From Alphaproteobacteria bacterium (GTDB lineage Bacteria > Pseudomonadota > Alphaproteobacteria > Bin95), in NCBI GenBank assembly GCA_964291285.2, contig OZ219789.1, forward strand, positions 64,001 to 128,000: a DNA stretch of 64,000 bases, given 5' to 3'. The position numbers and the translations under genes are program-made. A model generated the notes under the pieces. It did not search any database. It was not told the DNA's origin and saw only the letters and a program-made list of their open reading frames with translations. Every line of letters begins with the position of its first letter. The first letter of the stretch is position 1. Below are positions 48,901-56,324 of this stretch, in pieces.

Positions 48901-49530
48901 GTGATCGCCGACATCGTCACCTTCTGGCTGGCCGACAGCCTCGACAGCCCGGAGCGCGCCTCGGCGCGGCGCGACTGGTGGTACAGGGGCGGACCCGAGG
49001 TCGACAACGAAATCCGCGCGCGCTTCGGCCACCTGGTGCCGCGCGCCTGCGCCTGCGACCCGGAGCTGACGGGCTGGCGCGAGACGCCGGAGGGCGCGCT
49101 CGCCCTCATCCTGCTGCTCGACCAGTTCACGCGGAACATCCATCGTGGCACGGTGGATGCCTATGCGGGCGACGCCCCGGCCTTCGAGATCGTGCGCCAT
49201 GCCATCGAGCATGGGCTGGACCGGGCGCTGCATCCGGTGGCCTGCATCTGGCTCTACCACCCCTTCCACCACTCCGAGGAGCTTGCCGAACAGGACCGGG
49301 GCCTCGACCTGCTGCGGGCCCTCAGGCGGGCGGCCGACCCGGCATGGCGGGCCTATGTGGACCGCAGCATCCAGGGCTGGACGCGCCACCGCGACATCGT
49401 CGCCCGCTTCGGCCGCTTCCCGCACCGCAACGCCGTGCTCGGCCGCCCGGGCACGGCCGAGGAAGAGGCGCATATGGCGGAGGGCGGCGAAAGCTTCGGC
49501 CAGGGGCTGCAGGGGCATTTCCCGGCTTGA
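48901..49530 (+). CDS. DUF924 family protein
   Basis: LLLDQFTRN, PFHHSE, RFGRFPHRN. Confidence 0.9.
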   Translation: MIADIVTFWLADSLDSPERASARRDWWYRGGPEVDNEIRARFGHLVPRACACDPELTGWRETPEGALALILLLDQFTRNIHRGTVDAYAGDAPAFEIVRHAIEHGLDRALHPVACIWLYHPFHHSEELAEQDRGLDLLRALRRAADPAWRAYVDRSIQGWTRHRDIVARFGRFPHRNAVLGRPGTAEEEAHMAEGGESFGQGLQGHFPA

Positions 49531-49559
49531 CTTTATCCCCGTTTGTTCTATATAAGTTC
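49527..49559 (+). promoter_or_regulatory. Sigma70-like promoter overlapped by an alphaproteobacterial LexA box
   Basis: TTGACT at 49527. GTTC-TATATAA-GTTC at 49545-49559 covers the -10 region. Confidence 0.7.
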
Positions 49560-49770
49560 CATTCCGATGCGCTAAAGAGAGCGGGGGAATGACCTGACGG
49601 GCTATCGGATCGGGCGCATTGCGGCGTCCGTTCCGGCGCGATTTTCAAGGAAAACTGCCGGCGGCCGGGGGCCGGGCGGCAAACGGGAGAGCTGCGCGCG
49701 CCGCGACGGCGGCAATCCGCCGTTTGCTCGGTCGAGTTCGCCCGCGGCGGGCGAAGACGGGAAGGAGCAG

Positions 49771-50217
49771 ATGATGGCGGACGGGCCGGACGGCGCTCTG
49801 ACGGAGTCCCGGCGGGGCCGGGCGGTCGGTGCGGAACTGCGGGGCCGGGCGGTGGCGGCGGTGCTGCAGGAGGGCATGAGCCCCCGGGCGGCGGCGGCGC
49901 GGTTCGGGCTGGCCGCGACGAGCGTCAGATGCTGGGTGAAGCGGTTTCGCGAACGCGGGCATGTGCGGGAGGACGCGCGGGGCGGAAGTTCCTCGCGGAC
50001 GGAGCCGGAGCGCGAGCGGATCGTCCGTATCCTGGAGGCGCGGCCCGAACTGTCCAGCCGGGCGCTGAGCGAGGCGCTGGCCGCCGAGGGCGTGCGGCTT
50101 GCCGGCTCGACCCTGCGCAAATTCCTCAAACGCCACCGCATGGAGCGCAGCCGCCGCCTCGCCGTCCGCCGCAGGCAGAGGCGGTGGAAGGCTCCCGCGT
50201 CCCCCCGTTCCGGATAG
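49771..50217 (+). CDS. Stand-alone IS630-type N-terminal HTH protein (no DDE domain)
   Basis: LRGRAVAAV..GMSPRAAAARFGL..TSV.CWVKRFRE.G and STLRKFLKR. GAAGGAG SD. Confidence 0.75.
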   Translation: MMADGPDGALTESRRGRAVGAELRGRAVAAVLQEGMSPRAAAARFGLAATSVRCWVKRFRERGHVREDARGGSSSRTEPERERIVRILEARPELSSRALSEALAAEGVRLAGSTLRKFLKRHRMERSRRLAVRRRQRRWKAPASPRSG

Positions 50218-50276
50218 CCGGCTCCCGGAACGAGTCCGAGGGCCGGGCATGACGGAGGGGACGCCGCCGGCCGTAT

Positions 50277-51572
50277 TCAAACCGGCCGGATGCCGCTCCG
50301 GTCCCGTCCGTCGCCCGTTTCCTCCGCCGGCTCCGCCAGTTCCGGGGCCTGAAGGGTCCGGGGCTCCGTCTCCAGCTGCTCCAGAGGCGCAATGGCCTCG
50401 CTGGCCGGAACGACGCCCAGCCCCTCCAGCTTCCGCGCCGAAGGCAACACCTGCCGCTCCAGCGTCCCGACGCCCCTGTTGTAGCGGTCCACCGCCTGCC
50501 GCAGGGATTTCCCGACATCCTCCATGCGGCCGCCGAACCGCTTGACGCGCTCATACAGCTCCCGCCCGGTTTCCGCGACCGCCCGGGCGTTATCGGCCAG
50601 CCTCTCCTGCTGCCATCCATAGGCTACGGCCTTTACCAGCGCGATCAGCGTGACCGGCGTCGCGATCAGCACCTTGTTCTTCACGGCCTCGTCGAAAAGC
50701 TCCGGGTCGCGCTCGAACGCAGCAGCGACAAACGCATCGCCGGGTATGAACATGACGACAAGGTCGGGCGATCCCGGCAAGGCATTCCAGTATTCCTTCG
50801 ATGACAGCGAACGGATGTGGCCGCGGACATGCTTCGCCAGCGAATCGAGGTCGGTGGCCCGCTTCTTCTCGTCTTCCGTTGCAAAGGCGTCGAGATAGGC
50901 TTGCAACGGCGCCTTGGCGTCCACCGCGATGGATTTGCCGCCGGGCAGGCGTATCACGGCGTCGGGCCTGAGCGTCCCGCCCTCGCCTTGCAGGCTGGCC
51001 TGCTCGTCGAAATCGACATGTTCCATCATGTCCGCCATTTCGAGCACATTTCGCAGTTGGCGCTCGCCCCACCTGCCCGCCCCCGCCGGCCTGCGCAGCG
51101 CCTGCACGAGGCGGCCGGTCTCGTCCCGCAACGCCGATTGGCCTGCAATAAGGGCCTTCACCTGCTCGGTAATCCCGCCATAGGCTTCCTTGCGCGACGT
51201 CTCCAATTCCTGCGCCCGCTTCTCGACCTTCTTCAACTCCTCGCGGATCGGCTTGACCAGCGCCGCGACGGCTTCCTCGCGCGCCTTCAGGTCCTTGTCC
51301 GCCTCGACCTTGTGCGACTGGAAACGCTCGCTCACAAGACGCAGGAAGGAGTCGCTGTTCCTGCCGAGCGCTTCGGCGGCGAGCGCTGCAAACCGCGCCT
51401 CCGCCTCGCCGTGCGCCTTCCCGATCTCTTCCAGGCGCACGGCATGGGTTCTGCGTTCGCTCTCAAGGTCGGCCTCCGCCCTGCCGGCCCGGCTGCGGGC
51501 CGGGGCGGCGAAGGCAAACCAGACGAGCGCCGCGCCTGCCAGCGCGCACAGGACAGGCAGCCAGATTTCCAT
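50277..51572 (-). CDS. rmuC: DNA recombination protein RmuC
   Basis: GRWGERQL, RPDAVIRLPG, VDAKAPL, ATPVTLIAL, YGWQQE. Confidence 0.93.
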   Translation of the reverse strand: MEIWLPVLCALAGAALVWFAFAAPARSRAGRAEADLESERRTHAVRLEEIGKAHGEAEARFAALAAEALGRNSDSFLRLVSERFQSHKVEADKDLKAREEAVAALVKPIREELKKVEKRAQELETSRKEAYGGITEQVKALIAGQSALRDETGRLVQALRRPAGAGRWGERQLRNVLEMADMMEHVDFDEQASLQGEGGTLRPDAVIRLPGGKSIAVDAKAPLQAYLDAFATEDEKKRATDLDSLAKHVRGHIRSLSSKEYWNALPGSPDLVVMFIPGDAFVAAAFERDPELFDEAVKNKVLIATPVTLIALVKAVAYGWQQERLADNARAVAETGRELYERVKRFGGRMEDVGKSLRQAVDRYNRGVGTLERQVLPSARKLEGLGVVPASEAIAPLEQLETEPRTLQAPELAEPAEETGDGRDRSGIRPV

Positions 51573-51670
51573 GCGTTCTCCTGTCTCTCCCCGATGCCGG
51601 GATAGACGAAAGCCTTCCCGCCGGCAATGCGCAGCGCCTACACTTGCGCGTCAGCAATCGGGAGGCGGGC

Positions 51671-52534
51671 ATGGCCGAACTGGACGCCGCTGAGCGGGAC
51701 TTCTTCTGGGAACACGGCTATGTCGTGGTGGAGGACGCCGTGGACGCCTCCCTGCTGGCCGGGCTCCGGCGCGACTTCGCCGGCTGGGTGGAGGAAAGCC
51801 GCCGGCACGGCGAGCCATACGGCGACACTGCCGACGGCCGGCCCCGCTTCGACCTGGAGCCCGGCCATTCGGCGGACCGGCCGGGGCTCCGGCGCGTCAA
51901 CGCCCCGATCGAGGTGTCGGACGCCTATTTCCGCGCGACGGCCGACAGCCGGATGACCGACTGCGTGGCGGACCTGATCGGCCCCGCCGTGAAGCTGCAC
52001 CACACCAAGATCAACTCCAAGCTGCCCGGCGGGCACACGGAGGTGAAGTGGCACCAGGACTTCCCCTTCACCCCGCACAGCAATGCCGACATCGTGACCG
52101 CGCTGCTGATGGTGGACGAGGTGACGGAGGAGAACGGCCCGCTCAAGGTGCTGCCCGGCTCGCACCGGGGCCCGATCCACGGGCTCTGGCACGGCGGCGC
52201 GTTCACCGGCGCGGTCGCCGACGAAGTGGCCGCCGAATCGGAGAAGGCCGCGGTGATCTGCACCGGGCCCGCGGGCGCCGTCTGCCTGATGCACACGCGG
52301 CTGCTGCACGGGTCCTCGCCCAACCGCTCAGACCGGCCCCGCACGCTGCATATCTCGGTCTATAGCGCGGAGGACGCCGTGCCGAGCTCGCCCAACCCGG
52401 TGCCCAACCGCTATGAGGGCCTGATGGTCCGGGGCGAGCGCAGCGGCCGCATCCGCTCCACCGCCTTCGAGCTGCAGCTGCCCCAGCTCCCCACGACCGC
52501 TTCCTTCTTCGACCAGCAGGCGAAGCACAGGTAG
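51671..52534 (+). CDS. PhyH-family 2OG/Fe(II) dioxygenase
   Basis: KINSKLP, WHQDF, NGPL, LHGS..NRS..PR. Confidence 0.9.
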   Translation: MAELDAAERDFFWEHGYVVVEDAVDASLLAGLRRDFAGWVEESRRHGEPYGDTADGRPRFDLEPGHSADRPGLRRVNAPIEVSDAYFRATADSRMTDCVADLIGPAVKLHHTKINSKLPGGHTEVKWHQDFPFTPHSNADIVTALLMVDEVTEENGPLKVLPGSHRGPIHGLWHGGAFTGAVADEVAAESEKAAVICTGPAGAVCLMHTRLLHGSSPNRSDRPRTLHISVYSAEDAVPSSPNPVPNRYEGLMVRGERSGRIRSTAFELQLPQLPTTASFFDQQAKHR

Positions 52535-52544
52535 AAGGACGGGA

Positions 52545-52832
52545 CTATTCCGCGGGGGCTGTCTGAGGGTCGTCCGGCCTCATGTTACGGCCGGCGATAT
52601 AGTCCCGGACGATGGTAAGCTGGCCTCTGACCTCCGCCAGCCCCGCTTCGACCGCCCGCAGACGTTCGTCCAGACTGTCCATGCGCGTTTCCAGGCGGTC
52701 CATACGGCCTTCAAGTCGATCCATGCGGCCGTCCAGACGATCCATGCGCCTGCCGAGGCCGCTTTGGCCTTGCAGGATAAGCCCGGCCAGCGCGACGCCG
52801 ACTGCGAGAATGGCGATCAACTCAGGACTCAT
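52545..52832 (-). CDS. Small TM plus heptad-repeat coiled-coil protein
   Basis: N-terminal hydrophobic helix, then MDRLDGR-MDRLEGR-MDRLETR-MDSLDER. Preceded by GTGACA-N17-TAGACC. Confidence 0.75.
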   Translation of the reverse strand: MSPELIAILAVGVALAGLILQGQSGLGRRMDRLDGRMDRLEGRMDRLETRMDSLDERLRAVEAGLAEVRGQLTIVRDYIAGRNMRPDDPQTAPAE

Positions 52833-52868
52833 GAGGCAAGGGTCTAGCAGAGAGGGAAGAAACTGTCA

Positions 52869-52895
52869 CCCGCTCCGACGCACGGGCGGAGCGGG
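52869..52895. terminator. Hairpin downstream of the fdh cluster
   Basis: CCCGCTCCG-N9-CGGAGCGGG. Confidence 0.5.
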
Positions 52896-52921
52896 GAAAA
52901 CCCGTATATGCCCGGCCCCCG

Positions 52922-53044
52922 CTAATTCCGCACAGCCGGACCGGCGGTGATCTCGGCGGTGGAGAAACCGGAATAGTCGAGCGCCAGGTCGGCGGCCACG
53001 GCGATGACGGCCATGGCCAGGAAGGCGATCAGCATGGCTCTCAT
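52922..53044 (-). CDS. Small membrane protein (40 aa)
   Basis: MRAMLIAFLAMAVIAVAADLAL..., ATGA overlap with the cytochrome c gene. Confidence 0.6.
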   Translation of the reverse strand: MRAMLIAFLAMAVIAVAADLALDYSGFSTAEITAGPAVRN

Positions 53045-54351
53045 CTCTGGCGTCCTCCTTCCTTCGTCGCGTGCTTCAGGAACGCGATCAGGTCGTCGCG
53101 GTCGGCGGGTTTGGCAATGCGCTGCATCGGCATCTTGGAGCCGGGCACGAACCGGGCCGGCCCCTCGTCGAACAGCGCATCGATGGTGTCCTCGTTCCAC
53201 ACGAACCCCGCCTCGCGCAACGTCCGCGAATACTTATAGCCCGAAATGCCGCCCGCCGGGCGCCCGAAAATGCCGAAAAGGGTCGGGCCCGCCCGCCGGA
53301 GCCCTTCGGGACCGAGCGTGTGGCAGATCGAGCATTTGCGCTGGAACTGGCGTTCGCCATTGCCCATGCTCGCCGGGTCGCGCAGGAAGCTGCGCTCCTT
53401 GCCGCCCATCAGCCCGCCCGAGCCCAGCGCCGCGACCGGCCAGCTGTAAAGCGCATCATCGATGCCGCCGGCGAGAATGTCCTGCCCGTCGGCCGAGAAC
53501 GCAAGCGCCCAGACCGGCCCCCTGAGCGCGGCGCGAAAATCCCTGAGCACCGTCCAGCCCCGGCTGTCGATGACCTTGATGAAGCCCTCGCCGTCGCCGA
53601 CCGCGAGCCTGTCGCTCTCCGCATCGAAGGCCATGGCCAGGATCGGCCGGCGCTGGAGGGTGAAGTCGGCGATCTCGCGGGCGCTCTCCAGGTCGAGAAC
53701 GCGGGTCGCGCCGTCCACTCCGCCATAAGCGAGCCAGCCGGCCTCCTCGTCCAGCGCCAGCGTGTTGATGCCGAAGCGCCCTTTCAGCATGTGCCGCGTC
53801 TGGATGCCGCGCGCCACGTCCCAGACGCGGACCGTTCCGTCGGTCGATCCCGAGTAGAGCCGCGCGCCGTCGGCGGAGAACACGACATCGTTGACGCCGG
53901 CGCTATGGCCTTTCAGGAACCGGGCCTGGCCGCCCGATACGGGCCAGAGGCCGATGCGCCCGTCCCAGCTTGCGGAGGCCACGAGACTCCGGTCCGGCGA
54001 GAGCGCGAGCGACACCACCTTCGCCTTGTGGCTGCCGAGGCGCTCGGAGACGCCGCGCTCGAGGTCCCAGAGCCGGACATGGTTGTCGTCGCCGGCCGAC
54101 ACCGCTTTCGAGGCGTTGATGAAGCGCACGGCGTTCACCGCCGCATCGTGCGCCTCCAGCCAGACCGGCGCGCCCGCCTGCCAGAGACCCACGGAATAGT
54201 CGAAGCTCGCGGTGAGCAGGCGGCTTCCGTCCGGCGAGACGTCGATGCCCCGCACCGGGCCGCCATGGCCGGTCAGCTTGAAGAAATCCCCGGCCGGGGC
54301 GCCGGCCGAGGGCAGCAGCAGCAGGACCGTCAGAAAGGCCCGGAGACGCAT
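53041..54351 (-). CDS. WD40-repeat / cytochrome c fusion protein
   Basis: Signal peptide, GH...WD repeats, CSICH heme motif, PGSKM axial Met. Confidence 0.9.
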   Translation of the reverse strand: MRLRAFLTVLLLLPSAGAPAGDFFKLTGHGGPVRGIDVSPDGSRLLTASFDYSVGLWQAGAPVWLEAHDAAVNAVRFINASKAVSAGDDNHVRLWDLERGVSERLGSHKAKVVSLALSPDRSLVASASWDGRIGLWPVSGGQARFLKGHSAGVNDVVFSADGARLYSGSTDGTVRVWDVARGIQTRHMLKGRFGINTLALDEEAGWLAYGGVDGATRVLDLESAREIADFTLQRRPILAMAFDAESDRLAVGDGEGFIKVIDSRGWTVLRDFRAALRGPVWALAFSADGQDILAGGIDDALYSWPVAALGSGGLMGGKERSFLRDPASMGNGERQFQRKCSICHTLGPEGLRRAGPTLFGIFGRPAGGISGYKYSRTLREAGFVWNEDTIDALFDEGPARFVPGSKMPMQRIAKPADRDDLIAFLKHATKEGGRQR

Positions 54352-54366
54352 GTCAGGCGCCCGGCG

Positions 54367-55593
54367 TCATTCCGCCGCCGGCGGCGCCTCATGGGCGGGA
54401 TGGGCCGGCTCGCCCGTCTCCTCCTCGAACCAGAGCGAATGGTGTTCCTTCGCCCATTGCCGGTCCACCTCGCCCGACTCCATGGCGTCGAACGCGCCCT
54501 CCATCCCGATCGAGCCGAGATAGATATGCGCGATGATGATCGCGATGAAGGCGAAGGCGACGATGGAGTGCCAGAGCTGCGCGTATTGCATCTCCTCATG
54601 CGGGGAGAGCTGCACCGGCAGTTCGCCGAAGCCCAGCGCCTGCGAAATGCCGAGCGCATTCAGGATGTCGAAGGTCTTGGCGAACATCGGCAGCTCGAAC
54701 GGGAACAGCAGCGACAGGCCGGACGCCGAGATCGAGAGGCCGAGGATGACGACGACCCAGAAGATGATCTTCTGGCCGGCGTTGAATTTCCGCGCCGGCG
54801 GGTGGCTGCCGCGCACGAACAGCCCGCCGCCCTTCGCCATCCAGACGAGGTCGGCGCGGTTCGGGATGTTGTGGACGATCCAGAACACGAACACCCAGAC
54901 CAGCGCCAGCATGAAGGCCCAGGCGACATTGTTGTGGACCCATTTGGACGCGAGCGCGATGGGCGCGAAGGCGTCCTTGCCGAGCAGCGGGATCAGCAGC
55001 GGGCGCCCGAACAGCGTGATGAGCCCGCTGATCGCCAGCAGGATGAAGGAGCCCGCGAGCAGCCAGTGCCCGAACCGCTCGAGCGCGTTGAAGCGAAGAA
55101 TGGTCTCGCCCGTCCGGCCGCCGTCTATGCGGATCGGCCCGCGGAGCAGCAGGAACAGCGCCAGCAGCCCGACCATGCCGGCGAGCAGCCAGCCGCCCCA
55201 CTCGCGCAGCGGCCCCTTCCGCCATTCGAGCCAGCGCATGCCGCCGTCCTGGATGATGATCTCGGAAGCGTGTCCCTTCGCCGAGACCGTCACATCGGCC
55301 CCGCCATAGCGGAGCGCGCGGAAGACCTCCGCATCGGAGGCGCCGCCAAGCGTGCCGAGCTGCATGCGGATGCCCGCGGCGCGCGCCGGGTCGCCGACCG
55401 CTTCGCGCCGGAAGCGGTCGTCAACGCGCTCGCCCCGCTGGCGCGCCAGGATGTCCTCCAGCGTCTGCGCGCCGCCGGTTGCGGCCCTCGGACTGTCCGG
55501 CTCGTTGCCGGCGCCCTGCTGCGCCGCAGCGGGCGCCGCCAGGAACAGCAGGGCGGCAAGGATGGTAAGCATCGGCAGGCGCAGCTTCGTCAT
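54367..55593 (-). CDS. Formate dehydrogenase gamma (cytochrome b) subunit
   Basis: RFNALERFGHW, KFNAGQK, IIAHIYLG, WAKEHH. Confidence 0.92.
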   Translation of the reverse strand: MTKLRLPMLTILAALLFLAAPAAAQQGAGNEPDSPRAATGGAQTLEDILARQRGERVDDRFRREAVGDPARAAGIRMQLGTLGGASDAEVFRALRYGGADVTVSAKGHASEIIIQDGGMRWLEWRKGPLREWGGWLLAGMVGLLALFLLLRGPIRIDGGRTGETILRFNALERFGHWLLAGSFILLAISGLITLFGRPLLIPLLGKDAFAPIALASKWVHNNVAWAFMLALVWVFVFWIVHNIPNRADLVWMAKGGGLFVRGSHPPARKFNAGQKIIFWVVVILGLSISASGLSLLFPFELPMFAKTFDILNALGISQALGFGELPVQLSPHEEMQYAQLWHSIVAFAFIAIIIAHIYLGSIGMEGAFDAMESGEVDRQWAKEHHSLWFEEETGEPAHPAHEAPPAAE

Positions 55594-55674
55594 CTTCCAG
55601 GACTCCCGATGAAACCGGCCGGAACAGGGCGCGGCGAAGGGCCGGAGCCCTTCCCGCGTGAAAAGGGAAAGGCG

Positions 55675-55703
55675 GGCCGGTCCCGCAATTGGCAGGACCG
55701 GCC
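55675..55703 (-). terminator. Intergenic hairpin between fdh beta and gamma
   Basis: GGCCGGTCC/GGACCGGCC stem, followed on the minus strand by a pyrimidine/U-rich run. Confidence 0.45.
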
Positions 55704-55716
55704 GCGCTTCAGGGCG

Positions 55717-56310
55717 TCAGGAGCCCTTCTGGCCGTAGGCGGTGCCCCAGCCCCAGGCGCCGGACCCGAAGCCCCGGGCCACCACGCGCTCGCGGTAGAT
55801 GCCCGACAGGACATCGCCGTCGCCCGCCAGCAGCGCCTTGGTCGAGCACATCTCGGCGCAGAGCGGCAGCTTGCCTTCCGCGATCCGGTTGCGCCCGTAT
55901 TTGGCGAACTCGGCGGTCGAGTGGGTCTCTTCCGGCCCGCCGGCGCAGAAGGTGCACTTGTCCATCTTGCCCCGGGACCCGAAATTGCCCGCCTGCGGGA
56001 ACTGCGGCGCGCCGAACGGGCACGCGTAGAAGCAGTAGCCGCAGCCGATGCAGAGGTCCTTGGAGTGAAGGACCACCCCTTCCTCGTTCTGGTAGAAGCA
56101 GTCCACCGGGCACACGGCCATGCAGGGCGCATCCGAACAGTGCATGCATGCAACTGAGATCGACCGCTCGCCCGGCTTGCCATCGTTGATGGTCACCACC
56201 CGGCGCCGGTTGATCCCCCACGGCACCTCGTGCTCGTTCTTGCACGCGGTGACGCAGGCGTTGCATTCGATGCAACGTTCGGCGTCGCAGAGAAATTTAG
56301 CTCTTGCCAT
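55717..56310 (-). CDS. Formate dehydrogenase beta (Fe-S) subunit
   Basis: CIECNAC, CMHCSDAPC, CIGCGYC, KCTFC. Confidence 0.95.
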   Translation of the reverse strand: MARAKFLCDAERCIECNACVTACKNEHEVPWGINRRRVVTINDGKPGERSISVACMHCSDAPCMAVCPVDCFYQNEEGVVLHSKDLCIGCGYCFYACPFGAPQFPQAGNFGSRGKMDKCTFCAGGPEETHSTAEFAKYGRNRIAEGKLPLCAEMCSTKALLAGDGDVLSGIYRERVVARGFGSGAWGWGTAYGQKGS

Positions 56311-56324
56311 CTCCTTCTCCTCCC

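Noticed and set aside
46008-49151. 1047-aa minus-strand ORF
   Set aside because: Antisense to the BVMO. Only 46008-46970 has esterase motifs.
49560-50277. Complete IS630 element
   Set aside because: No catalytic domain, frameshift motif or terminal inverted repeats recognised.
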